From Bispira polyomma (taxonomy: Eukaryota), in assembly GCA_965649765.1 (NCBI GenBank), contig OZ287753.1, positions 70,060,001 through 70,124,000 on the forward strand: a stretch of DNA of 64,000 bases, given 5' to 3'. Position numbers and translations under genes: made by a program. The notes under the pieces are model-generated. The model did not search any database. It worked only from the letters and a program-made list of their open reading frames with translations, and was not told where the DNA came from. Below, in pieces: positions 28,701-40,984 of this stretch (position 1 is its first letter; every line of letters begins with the position of its first letter).

Positions 28701-30524
28701 CTAGCTAAATGTAAATATTCTCATACCTAGTGTTATATTTATAGAAATATTAGGAGGAAATCATTTACATATACTAAATGTACATAGCAAGAAAAAAATA
28801 AATTATTTGTATAATATAAAATGTTTTCTGGTACAAAAACTACACATATAACATGCATACCTCAAAAACTGTAGTTGGCTTCAAGTCATAATAAATTGGT
28901 AATATTGTCACCATAACTATAATCACTCCACAAGATCCAATAGTTTCACAAATGAGGTCAATACCATAGATGTAAACTTCTGCCGTGATACCCTACGCAT
29001 AGGCATACAATTGAAAAACAGTTATATCAATAAGACTTTTAGTTACCATAATATAGTTTTAGCACATTATAAATCACTCACTTTTAAATTACAAGTTACT
29101 GACTTACAAGTTGTCTAAATATATTTATATATTACATTGATATGGACAAATCCAACATAACTATCCTGATTCTATGTTTTCTGAGACAAGTTTAAAACAT
29201 CCTTGAATGACCTTTAGTCTTATATGACCCTTTTCCCAGGCCTAGCTATGTGGAATTTGTGTAGTCCGTCCACGTACTAGAGTCATAACAGTTATAAAAG
29301 TTGTTACTGTAACCTGTTATCGTCATTCTAGAGATAGATGGTAACATTGGTTGTCAATCTTAACAATTGTGAATTTGAATATTTAATGTCCACTTTAGTA
29401 CCCTTTATAAGGTTATATTAGGACAGATAGTTGGAATGCTGGAAACACTGTTTACAGTTGATCAAGGTCCTACACTTAAACCAGCGGCCCACAGTAAGGA
29501 ACTACCACCTTTTCCACATAGACATCGTCGGAAGGCGAATTCACGACCATTTGGGCTCCAGAGGTGAGAGGCCAGTAATTATAAAGCACACTGCTAGCTA
29601 ACTACTAGGCCAGCGCGGCCCTTTCAATCTCAACAATATTAACTTACTGATATTGTAACATTGTTTGTAAACTGTATAGTGATGTACAGGCAGGTAACGA
29701 AGTGAAATAAGTAAGTCTAAAGAGAGTTTTTTTCTGTAAAGCAGAAATTGTTGCAAGTGATCTAAGCTCAACAGGGAGAATATTCCATAATGTAGGCGTA
29801 GCAATAGAGAAAGTACTAGATCCAGCCCTCTTGCTAGGTTTTATAGAGGAAAAGAAAATCTCTGTCACCTCTTTAGGTTGCTAAAGGAAAGTCGAATAGC
29901 AAGGCATGAGAGCTGTTGAGAGATAATAGCCTTGTGAGTGGTTAGATGGATTTTAAAGAAAATTCGGTAGAGGAAGCCAATGTAATATTTTGAGGTATGG
30001 GGAGATATCAGTACAGATCTCCAAACGAAATAGTACTCTACATAGATATATTTGAATGGATTGTAACTTGTTTATGTGAGATCATTTACCCCAAACAGAA
30101 GGGTTGCATTACCTGTGGTGGCTACTTACAAAAGAGTTAGCCACAGTGATAGCAGTATCCAATGACAAGTGATTTCTGATTCTTTTGATATCACAAATGG
30201 CCAATTTCACAGATTTGTTACTCAAATTGATTAAATATTATTATGTATGGTGTAAACCTACTATATATATATATATATGGGAGAGTAGAAATTTCATACC
30301 TGCATTGTTATTGCTGATACATAACTGACCATCATCGAAATGGAGACAGGAATCAATGACATCTGCCGTCCTCCATGGATGTATTCCTCCGAGGTCTTTT
30401 GTTTGTATGAGTAGAAGACTCCAATACCCAGAGACAGCAGTAGTACAGCAACTAGGACAATGTAGTCCAACACAGAGAGAGTGTAGTCTTTGGTCAGAAA
30501 CACAGTCTCATTGAAAGCTGCCAT
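16769..30524 (-). CDS. SLC5 sodium:solute symporter (SMCT/SMVT/NIS-like), 14 coding exons, 592 aa
   Basis: Exons 30524-30300, 28992-28861, 28624-28556, 28359-28240, 26762-26682, 25486-25419, 21742-21605, 20874-20739, 20327-20242, 19914-19802, 19130-18973, 18095-17893, 17357-17257, 16917-16769. All GT-AG, phases compatible, 1779 nt, no internal stop. Motifs [52 protein letters not shown]. Confidence 0.93.
20080..20233. mobile_element. Tc1/pogo-like MITE remnant in SLC5 intron
   Basis: Inverted agagaccacc / ggtggtctct motifs, ends ...ttgactgt. Confidence 0.5.
20345..20540 (-). mobile_element. tRNA-derived SINE (family 2)
   Basis: Reverse strand reads tggccaagtggttagagc (A box) ... gggtttgaatc (B box); related copies at ~58385-58530 and ~59600-59800. 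Confidence 0.65.
22881..24413 (+). mobile_element. Nested L2/CR1-group LINE fragment (family B) with (TA)n tail
   Basis: [45 protein letters not shown]. Confidence 0.85.
23748..23816 (-). mobile_element. 5' head fragment of tRNA-SINE family 1
   Basis: Reverse complement matches the head of the SINE at 57637. Confidence 0.75.
26303..26620. repeat. Two-copy local duplication in SLC5 intron
   Basis: cagatcttgagatt...atagtccagt...gttgagct...tacatt(g/a)at occurs at ~26306 and ~26527. Confidence 0.7.
27600..28205 (+). mobile_element. Decayed 3' end of a non-LTR retrotransposon
   Basis: SKPKLRTY and [11 protein letters not shown] motifs typical of LINE C-termini; AATAAA near 28200. Confidence 0.6.
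29370..29621 (-). mobile_element. tRNA-derived SINE (family 1)
   Basis: Full-length reverse-complement similarity to 57637-57890. Confidence 0.85.
29650..30200 (-). mobile_element. L2/CR1-group LINE 3' fragment (family A)
   Basis: [18 protein letters not shown]; similar to 24430-24900 and 34967-35480. Confidence 0.8.
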
Positions 30525-31889
30525 TTTGATGTGGAATATATTCAATGCTGAGACTTCTTACTTTAAGAGCCTCTTTGTCCACTGCTGCAACTAGTTGTGT
30601 ACCTGGAACAACAAGAAGAAGTAACCAGTTTGACCCAGACAAACAAACAACAATGCCACAAGTGTTTGATAATGATGTGACCTAATTTATACCTTTATCG
30701 TGTTCACGTGACCTAAACAAATTAGTTAAACACTTAATATTGTTAAATAATTCACATTCTTTTCCTGCCTGATGATTCACCAATATTCAATGTCTTAAAT
30801 GCCCATTTGACCTGGTTGTACATTCACAATACTTTACTTTCTAATCCATATGTAAATAGTCTGTAAAAAGTATTTGTCATTATACAATTGGAGTGAAGCA
30901 ACCACGCTATAAATATTTAAATCTAAGCCTTAAACACCTCTTTGTGGATCTGTATTTCATCTTGTTCAGAACAAATCTATTTTTTCAGGAATTTAAAATT
31001 TAATGGAGCTTTATATTACTGAAACATATTTCACCAGAGAAAAGTTAAGAGTAAATCATTAAAGTATCATACCAATTTAAAGGAACATTAATAGTATCAA
31101 CTAATTCTACAAACGGGTCTAATATGTCTAATACACATTCATAAACTACCCATTCAGTAAATAAATTTCTATTATCCATTTAATTCGCAAATTTTCTGCA
31201 GTATCATACAGTGGCAGTACTCACACTGCCAACCTTCAATATGATTCCACAAAAACAAACATTTAAACTCCCAACTTATTTACATGTTAGATGTTACATA
31301 TATTTGGCTGGGATTTTTTTATGTGGTAAATTATAATAAATAATAATATAAAGAATAATGACAGGTCATATTAGTTCACCACCACCACCACCACAGATAC
31401 CAACAATAAGATTTTAATATTTAGTTTAATTTGGGAGTACCATATGAAAAATCCTGGCTACTCCCCTGCAAAGTCGCTATGTATAAAGTCAAAGATATAC
31501 AGATAACCCACTGTTGAATCCAAATTTGCTAAAAATTACTTTCCATTAAATTTTACATATGTTTATGGTTCAAGATTTGTTCCAGTTAAAACTCAGAATT
31601 TGTCATTGTAAAATATTTTAAATGTAATTGAACTGATAATTTACCCATAGTCACAGTGCGAAGGATTTTTTATCAATGTTAAAAAGTTTTTTTTGTGTAC
31701 AACGGACATTCAGAAAAGTAGAGCCTTTGTCACATTAATTATGTATTCATTCAAACTTAGTCTGTAGTTCTGAATATATTAAAGGGATAGAAAACAGGAG
31801 ACAGATCTAACATGTATTAAACAAATTGAAATATATTGATTGAAAGAAATTGAGGGCCAGCTGATGCCATTTTGTGATGTCCTTATTTA

Positions 31890-32215
31890 TTATATAAATA
31901 TAAATGTGTATTACCTCTATTGAGGTCTCAGCCGACTCTACCGTTTACACCCAGTGCCTGTTTTCTTTTACTTGCCAATCCATTATTCAGTCTCAACTCC
32001 CTCGGGAAGCATACCAGCCGTGCTGCCGCATACAGCTCACAAAGACTAACCGCCATTATCAGCCAGGAACCCATTTATACACCTGGGTAGAGAGGGACAA
32101 CTTTGTATCAAGTACCTTGTCCATGGGTACAATATCCAGGCCTGCAGCAAGGATCAAACCTGGACCTTCCGATACAAAGTCCAAAAATCTAACCGCTAGG
32201 CCACAGAGACCACAC
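31890..32215 (-). mobile_element. tRNA-derived SINE (family 3)
   Basis: Reverse strand has tggcctagcggttag (A box), ggtttgatcc (B box) and a ccatggacaaggtactt core resembling the MIR/CORE-type motif. Confidence 0.65.
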
Positions 32216-33379
32216 TGAAGGGCAAAAGTAGCATCGTTCGTATTGTGAACCATTGACTTGCCATAATATCTCACATACTTTCCCACAAGAGGGAACCAGT
32301 GGGAGTTTAACAAGAACTAGGAATAAGTATTGCATACAAACCTAATTCGCTGCCTTGACATAATCCTAAACTTGTACATGTTTCAGTCAAAAATGCAAAC
32401 AGTTACTGTAAGTCAAACCATTATATTGGCGTGAACTCCAGCAAATTTCAAGAATTATCAATCACTACTTATTACTTGTCTTTTTTTGGACACATACTAA
32501 TCCAATTAAAAAATGCAATTTTAATAATTTCTTAACTGATTTTCTATTATTCGTTATTGTCTTTCGAGTGAGGTATGCTATTGTAAGGGAACATCACTTT
32601 CACCAAAAATGTCCACGTCTTTGAATCTTTTATAGTATGAGTATATTGTATAATATGCAGTTTAATGAGCGCATAACCAAAAGTCAGTAATAATGGTCTT
32701 GAATCTGGGAAGCCCTGTTTAAACACCTTGCTGGTAGACCTGCTGATGTGACTAATGCATCTGTATAAAGAAACCAGCCAAACTGTCTGGACCATTACAT
32801 GGTAGAGTTAATTGGTTGGGGTTAAGCACACGCCTCTCAGCAAAGCCAAGTGAGTGTAGCAGTTGTACTGTGTACAGAACTGAGGTCAGTTCTCATTTGA
32901 AGGTGTCGCATATAAGTATGAGTACATTGTATAATATTTAGCTCCAGGATTAATAAAAAATATATAACAGGTCATGTTCAAACAGCTGGCTTTTAGCGAT
33001 GTGGGTAATGTGTCTGCCTCAGTGTAAACACGGAGAATGATGCATAAGACAATAAATAGCACACTTAGTCAGTAAAAGGGTTAAACCAACAATTTATAAC
33101 TTTATTTTTAATAGTTCAATTGAATTTTAAAGAAATTTTTAAAATTTCAATTTGTTCATAGTCGAGCCAACACAATGACGATACATTCTTTACTGTATTT
33201 TAGAATGGCACCTAAATTGGTTAATGGTAAAACCAAGAACTAAGAAGTAAAAGATGGACAGAAGTGAACTTACCAATAATGACTCTCAGAGAAATCAAAC
33301 AGAAGGGGGTGCAATGGGTGGCACGGTGATAAAATTGGGGATGGAAAGAATACAAATTGGATGAACTTTTGTATGTAGT

Positions 33380-34812
33380 AAAGTATATGGGTTCTTAGCT
33401 GCAAAAACAGGAAGAACGTTTGCAATGCTAGGAAGATTGTGTCAGCCTACAAGACATATGCATTACTTTACAGGAAAAAATAAATTTATTTAAAGTACAT
33501 GCCCTTTCAAAAATTAATTATTGTATTGGAAGCATAGAAACGCCAAATTGGGTTATAAAGGAATTAGAGGAAATCCCCCCCAAAAATTTATATGGGGAAA
33601 TCTCAGATAAAGTTGAGATACAGCGTTTTAATAGCTAATTATAGTGTTAAAACTTACAGACATTGTTTCATACATATAAGGTCAAAAGATTAACTTGATT
33701 AAGAGATATTTAATAAATGACAGTCGCAGCGAGACAAACTATTTAAAATTATATATACCCAAAGTAAATTTAAATTACTTTCTGAGGTGTGCTATTGAAC
33801 CACAAACATTTTCTGTAAAGATAACAGACTTCTATAGAGAGGTGTTAGCTGCTTGGTTTGAACTGTACAATCCTCCAAAAAATCTAAGTGAAATACTTTT
33901 AGAAGTTATATGGTTCAAAAAAACATCTTGGAGGACCGTAAGACCATATTTTACAAAACTTGGTATGACAATGGAATTGTCCATATATATGACATCCTTC
34001 ATAATAATGGAAAATTTTGAACAGTTCAGTCCCTAAACTGGAAATATAATTTTAACATAGATTTCCTGACACACTCAGGCCTAATACATGCTATCCCAAT
34101 TGAATGAAAACAATCAATAGCTTTAAACAAAAACACTGGCCAATTTTCTGAGTTGCAAAATGAAGCATATACAAACCCATATTCTATGTTGCCCCTAAAA
34201 AAGGCATGGAAAAAATTAATTTGAAAGATATTTATAATGTTGATATTCAAAACAAAAAACCAGAATCCAACATGTAAATATACATGGCCTGAAAAATGGT
34301 TAATTTTAATTTTAGTGCAGTAGCCTGGAAAAGAATCTATTTAAATGGAAAAACATTTTCTCACGACTATAAAGTAATAGAAATGCAATATAAAACAGTA
34401 CAAAAGATTTATTTTACTGATAACATTGCATCAAAATTTGATTGCACTGTATCAAAAGTATTTAATATTTGTAATGTAGAGAATGACCTGTTTCATACTT
34501 TTTTTTATTGTATACCTGTGAACAGGCTTTGGTGTGAGATAGCGACATGGTTTGTTGAAGTAACAAACTAAAGTTTTGGTCTATGTATTGAAAATATTAT
34601 TTTGGGGTGTAATGATCAAGATAGCTATGCACAGGACTATATAATATTGTATGTTAAGTATTATCCAAACTTCAACTCCAATGTTTGCTGAATTCTTAAT
34701 GTATTTTAGACATTATTTAGAAGTACAAAGAGATATAAATGTATTAAAAGGTAGAGGTGATAAATTCAGAGCTTTTTTGCATGAAATAATAGATTATTTG
34801 TTCAATAAAAGT
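33380..34812 (+). mobile_element. Decayed L1/Tx1 LINE 3' region
   Basis: FYREVLAAW, LIHAIPI, zinc-knuckle remnant NICNVENDLFHTFFYC, AATAAA at ~34804. Confidence 0.8.
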
Positions 34813-34820
34813 GATACTTA

Positions 34821-37800
34821 ATTATTATTATTATTATAGATTTGTAACGCGCTTTATTGATGCTAGGCATCTTCTAAAGCGCAACAGCAGAATCATTAGT
34901 CCAATCATTAAGTCCATGGAAATTGTAAAGTCGTAAGGAGGGAAGCGGGAGCGTGCACGAGGAAAGCTAAGGTGGGTAGGCAAGATTAAAAAGATAGGTT
35001 TTAAGCTTTTTCCTAAAACCGATAAGTGTGTCAACTGATCTGAGGTCAACTGGGAGACTGTTCCATAACCGTGGAGCTGCAGTGGAGAACACTCTGAAAC
35101 CCGCCTTTCTGATTGGTCTGACCGAAGTGACGGAGAGTCTGTTGCCTATCTTGCAGTTACTGAAGGAAAGAAGGGAGGCAAGGTAGGGTGGCTGTTGAGT
35201 GACTACAGCCTTAAAAGTGGTAACGTGAATCTTAAACAAAATTCGAGATTTAATGGACAGCCAGTGTAATTTTTTGAGGTAAGGAGTGACGTCTGTGCGA
35301 CAACCCAGGCGAAAAATGACCCTACATAGGTAGTTTTGGATGGACTGGAGCTTTTTAATGTGTGACTTGTTTGCTCCGTACAAGAGAGAATTGCAGTAGT
35401 CGAGGTGGCTACTTACAAGGGCATTTGCCACAGTTGTGTCCATGGACAAGTGCTTTCTGATTCTTTTGATGTCGCGTATGTGGTAATAGCAGGAGCGACA
35501 GATGTTGGCAATATGAGTATCGAACAAAAAAGCTGAATCAAAAGTGACACCCAGGTTTTTAGCATTTTCGGAAGGTAGTATGTCTTTTCCCAGCAGGGAG
35601 ATGGGAAACAAAGATTTTAGGAGTTCACTGTTTTTCTTGTTTCCTATGAGGATGAATTCTGTTTTGTCAGGGTTGAGCTTTAGTTTGGAGTAGTTCATTC
35701 ACGCCTGGACTTTAGACAGACAGTCTGCAAGTAGGTCTATGTTAGTATTTGCATTTTGTGGATTGAGGGAGAGATAGACTTGAGTGTCATCTGCATACAT
35801 GTTATGTTTTATATTGTGTTTATTTATGACAGTGCTGAGAGGATGTGTATAAAGGGTGAAAAGTAGAGGGCCAAGGATGGATCCCTGGGGTACTCCATAA
35901 GGTAGCTTTATGGACGATGATAGGTGATCATCTAGTTTAATTCTTTGTGCCCTAAGAGTAAGGTAGGATTTGATCCATTTAAGGGCACTGCCATTTATAC
36001 CAAACCACTGCTTGAGAGTGTCGCAGAGCAGGACATGATCAATAGTGTCAAATGCAGCTGAGAGATCCAGAAGGGTGAGGGCCACTGTGTCATTGCAGTC
36101 CAGTGCAAGATTGATATCATTGCTAATGGAAAAAAGGGCACTTTCTGTAGAGTGAAATTTTCTATAAGCAGACTGGTGGCGATTTTCAATGTTTTGTCTA
36201 TTAAGGTGGTCAGAAATTTGTTTAGCTACAGCTTTTTCGATAACTTTTGAGACGAAGCTGAGGTTTGACACCGGTCTGTAGTTTTTTAGCTGGTTTTTAT
36301 CAAGCCCTTGTTTTTTAATCAAGGGAGTTACATTTGCCGTCTTGAAACAGGTGGGAAAAACACCATCCCAAAGAGAAAAATTTAATATATTTGTTATGGG
36401 TGTGACAAGAATGACAAGACATTGACTCAGAATAACTGCTGGGATGGGATCTAATTCACAAGATTTAATCGTAGAGGATTTGATGAGTTTCAGAACTTCA
36501 AGCTCTGACAATGTACTAAAATGAAACAGGTTACAAACCTTATATCCTGGGGCTGGAGGATATAAGTGATGTATCGTTGGGAAGGCGTCACGAATGTTGC
36601 TGATTTTTTCTATAAAAAATTTTCCAAATTTTTCTGCTAAAAAAGTAAGGCAGTGTTTACTTTCTCTGATGTTTGGTGTAGAATTTTGTTTATGGAGGCC
36701 CATAACCTTTTGGGATTATCCTGATTTTCAGCGATGATGGAGTCGTAATGTTGCTTTTTGGCATCAGTTATTAGCCTGTTGTAATTATTGGTGGGGATAC
36801 GGTAACGGCTTCTGTCTAAGAAGGATTTTGTGCGTCGCCATTGACACTCAAGTTGTCGTTTGCGTCTTTTGGCCTCTGTAATGGCGTTGTTGGTCCATTC
36901 ATGGGGGTTGGTTTTGGGAAGGGTTTTAGATACCCATGGCGCATGTTTATCTAGGACAGTAGAAAGGCAGTGATTGTATTGTAAGCTAAGGGTTTCAGCA
37001 TTTTTGCATGGATGTTTGATGAGATTAGTTTCCAGGATATCGTCTCTAAATATGTTGATATTGATTTTTCTGATGTTTCTGTATTTTATGACACAAGGTT
37101 TATGTGAGGCAGGTATTGGTAAATTTAAATAGGGAAAGGTTGCTAGGTGATCGGAAATCCCATCAGTTACCCATGATTCTCTGATGAGATTTGAATTTGG
37201 TCTTGCGATTACCAGATCGAGTATGTGATTGTGGATGTGGGTTGAAGTGGAGATAAACTGTGAGAACCCAAAAGTGTCAAGGAGGGTGTTGAAATCTTTT
37301 GTCGTAGTATTTTCTATGTCGACCTTGATGTTGAAATCACCAAGGATGATAGTTTAAAATGGGAGAAGGTTAAGGGTCTCTAGGAATTCGGAAAACTCTT
37401 GAGTAAAAGCAGTTAAAGAAGGGATGGGTGGTCTGTAAAAGGAGGAAACTAGGAATGAATGATACCCATTTGAAATTTTGCATGAAATGTGTTCGAAAGA
37501 CGAGTAGGACAAGTTTTTTAGAATTTCACAGGAAAGGGTATTTTTCACAAAAATGCCAACTCCTCCCCCGCGTTTGTGCAACCTGGGAAACTGTAGAAAT
37601 TTGCCTTATTCCGCAAGGAACGGGCATTAAATGCACCGATCTTAAGCATGGATACTGGGGGGCCAGGATTTATGCTGACGTTTCCGCAGAGAGCGGTCAG
37701 CAGAGGGATCCACATACTGTTAAAGGTGTGAAAAGTGTTAAAAAAAGAATTTGTATAGTTATTATCATTAATGTATGTAAAAGATATTTTAAAAGAATGA

Positions 37801-37960
37801 ACAAAAAAAATTATTAAAAAAAGACATGCATTACCATCTGACACAGTTCACGAAAAGCCAGCAGACCTGACAACCCCAGACCTGATACACATGGGGAGAA
37901 GGGGGCAGATGGGAGGCCTACCCAGCTGCCTTCCTTTGATATGCTCAAGAGTGACTCGCG
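34821..37960 (-). mobile_element. Near full-length L2/CR1-group LINE (APE endonuclease + RT), disrupted, with (TAA)n tail
   Basis: FNARSLRNK, GGGVGIFV, FYRPP, LGDFN, SDH, NYRPVSNLSF, LLDLSAAFDTIDH, GVPQGSILGP, YADDTQ; stop at 34967; in-frame TGA at 35699; tail at 34821-34837. Confidence 0.92.
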
Positions 37961-38020
37961 AATCCAATCTATCTGGCAGATATCGAGCTGGGGTTCATAA
38001 CATCAAATTTCAGATAGGGT

Positions 38021-38215
38021 AGTAGTATAGAATGAGCAAAGCACCCCCGCACACATGCTGTTTATGTGCAGGTTGTCATGGCAACCAAGTTTGCTAGGGT
38101 GGTTGCTATGGTGATGTGATAATTAGTCGCAAGTGATCCAACTAATCGTCGCAAAGTGTGCGACAAATAGTCGCAAACTGTGCGTCGATTTGTCGCAAGC
38201 AAAACGTCACAAGGG
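38021..38215 (+). repeat. Polinton left TIR plus GTCGCAA subterminal repeats
   Basis: ~105 bp aligns with the reverse complement of 45320-45423, followed by gtcgcaa motifs. Confidence 0.9.
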
Positions 38216-38234
38216 GCATTAACGTTTCTTTATT

Positions 38235-38870
38235 TAGAGATATCTCCGTCAATACTGGATGGATTTTAATGTGTTAAAGCTTGGATTGTGATCTTTAATG
38301 TGGTATAAATTATGTTCTTGTAGTGTACATAGTCATAGAGTTATAGCCGTTTAAATAAAAATATTTTCGTGAATTCTGATTTTATTAAAACAAGCCAAAA
38401 AATAGCTATGTAACATAGACGATATATCACAGAATACTTGATGCATTTTGATGCAATAACTACTGTCAGAAAGCATATACTCTGGGTGTGAATATTATAT
38501 AAGATATGTATTTATAGAGTATATAGTGATTGAGATATAACCGTTTGGAAATATCTTGTATGTTCTGATTTTTTGTTAAAACATACAAAACATAGCTATA
38601 AACATAGACGATATCTCACACACTACTGGGTGGATTTTAATTAAATTAAATCAAAAGCAATGAACAGCACTGGATCTGGGCTAGCTTTAAAATGGTATAA
38701 ATTATGTATGTATAGATATGTAATACTCACTGAGATATAACCGTTTACAAATATCTTATATTTTCGTGAATTCTGGTTTTTGTGTTAAAATATGCAAAAT
38801 ATGCAAAATATGGCTGTGTAACGTATAAGATATCTTACAGACTTATCAATGGATTTTGATGCAAATCAAC
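38235..38870. repeat. Four diverged ~180-220-bp tandem units inside the Polinton
   Basis: gatat(c/a)...gatggatttt starts at ~38238, 38420, 38610 and 38829. Confidence 0.7.
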
Positions 38871-38968
38871 AGTATTGAAAAGCACTAAATCTGTTTATTT
38901 AAACTGTTTATTTAAACATTATCATAACATTCATTCTATTTACAACACTACAACATTTTTGATAACGT

Positions 38969-39250
38969 TTATTTTCTTTCAAAATAGTATCTTTCTTCAT
39001 CTTCCAACACATTGGCTCTCACTCTCATATTCTCAGGTATTTCCTGTTTGAGATTGATTAGCAAATAGCTGTAGGGTCCCAAGGACATCACTCTGTCATA
39101 CACCTGGTCCATATACTCTGGATCTTTGGGGTACATCTGTCTGGCTAAATTTTTAATCTGACTGGCATCTCGGGGATTCTTGAACAGTATCATATAATGC
39201 GTATTCAAGCTGATTGTTCTCTGGTATTTACTTTGGTGAAACACATTTGA
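38969..39250 (-). pseudogene. Polinton packaging ATPase (FtsK/A32-like), C-terminal part only
   Basis: NVFHQSKYQRTISLNTHYMILFKNPRDASQI..PYSYLLINL; Walker A/B absent. Confidence 0.9.
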
Positions 39251-39296
39251 ACATTTGAAAGTTTATAGTAGACTTTGTAGTTCCACTGTATTCATC

Positions 39297-40628
39297 TTAC
39301 AGAGTGAAACCGGTCACAACGTCTCTGTAACGGTCAATTTCAATGGTGTTTTTCAAATTCTCCAAACACAACAATATTCACAGTTTCTGTTAAAGCTTTC
39401 TTAAAATGGAGTCCTAGAGCAACTGTGCCAGTTTTCTCAAGTTGACATAACCTTTCCCTTCTTCTAAATCGGGTGATAAATCAAAGCATATTAATGTATA
39501 ACCCTTTTTATATTCTACTCTGTCAATTTGGTTCCCGTTGTCTTAATAGATAGTCCCCATGCCAAATAGAGTCATGCAATTCATGTAGTCCTCTGTCTCG
39601 AAATCTTGTTAGAGTGCCTTGCCAGGAAATGGTGTTCCGCCTACACTGAGCGCAATATGTTCCACATCAAAATGTTCAAACTGGATTGGATTCGTCTTGT
39701 AGGTTCCATTGATGGCACTGTTCTTTAGAAATCCCAACAAAATGCAAGACAAATTTGACCAGAATACAGGTTTTCTTCAGTGTGACTTCTGGTTCCTATT
39801 CCCACGGTAAAGGTTTTGCATTCTTCTCTGGTAATTGGATATTTATCAGTTCCCAGTTCTAGAGCCTTTGCGTGAGCAGCCTGGATTACAGAGCTGAATT
39901 GTACTTTTCTGATTATCATTTTGACACTTTCTTATTTCACCTTGAAGTTGGCACCATCAGTTGGGCTGATAAGACAGAAGTTGTCCTTACTTCTGGTTAA
40001 AGACAACTTCATTGGGGAGTGATTCAGCAGGTAACAATCTTGAAACATCATGGCCAAGTGCAATTTTCCAATCTTGTCCATCAGGCGACTCCCTTTAGTT
40101 AGGTTCTTTCCTTTTTTGTATCCCTCGTTGGTGTCATCCAGGGAAAAGTTGTTGGTGTCTTTGTACCACATCGATGCAGTCAGTTGACTTTCTTTACTCT
40201 CTGTACCAAAACTTAGCAGAGATTCTATATACGCCTTGTAAGGGTAGATGTTGTTGGAGGTGGTCACTAAAATGTCTTTCAACGTGACATCTATCTGACA
40301 GAATAAGGCGTGCAGGCAAAAATTCACTGGAGCTACATCGTCGGCTACTACGGCTGCTGCGTCGCCTGCTGCCGCGACGGCGGTAGCTAAATGCTTGCCA
40401 TTTGCTTTTACAATTTTGACATGAATAAAACTCTTTTTTAGATCATATGTACTCAGAATCTGATAAAAATATTTTAAATTTAATGGTATCACTGCTGTCT
40501 TTCACTGCTGTCACAGGACCATATTCGACCCATTTTCCCTCTTCAATGCTGGTCTGAGTGAGGGGTATAGCAAACAAATCTAACTCCGTTTTTACACACT
40601 CGCAAGACAAGGGGTGAATCAGAGGCAT
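39297..40628 (-). pseudogene. Polinton major capsid protein (double jelly-roll), full span but disrupted
   Basis: MPLIHPLSCECVKTELDLFAIPLTQTSI.., YPYKAYIESLL, AHAKALELGTDKYPITR, C-terminal EFENTIEIDRYRDV. Confidence 0.9.
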
Positions 40629-40631
40629 GGT

Positions 40632-40984
40632 TTAGGAATATATATCTCTTCTTCTCTTTTTTTCTGGGAGGTCCTCTCTGTTTTAACACTTTAGATTGAA
40701 TGACGGGTCTTGCCCGAGGGGCATCCCTTTTATCCCTTTTCAAGTAATCCAGTGCCAAACCTACTCCTGCTGTCAAGGCCTTCTTGCCCAATGATTTTCC
40801 CAATGCAATGGCTCCTTTTTTAACAGAGGTGCAGCTACTTGAACTAGTCCTTTAAACAAGCTACCCAACCTATGACCTCTCTGATACCTTGAAATCCTGG
40901 CAGGCCATTTCCAGCTTGACTTGTAAAATATTCATTGTATGCTTCCCGTGTAGAATTATCGCAGCAGTATTCTTTGTGCTTCAT
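40632..40984 (-). pseudogene. Polinton small basic core/membrane-active-type protein
   Basis: YFTSQAGNGLPGFQG..LGSLFKGLVQVAAPLLKK..basic tail, between the minor and major capsid genes. Confidence 0.75.

Noticed and set aside
33380-34812. Continuation of the L1 interrupted at 2309
   Set aside because: It overlaps the same ORF2 region with a different sequence, so it is a separate copy.
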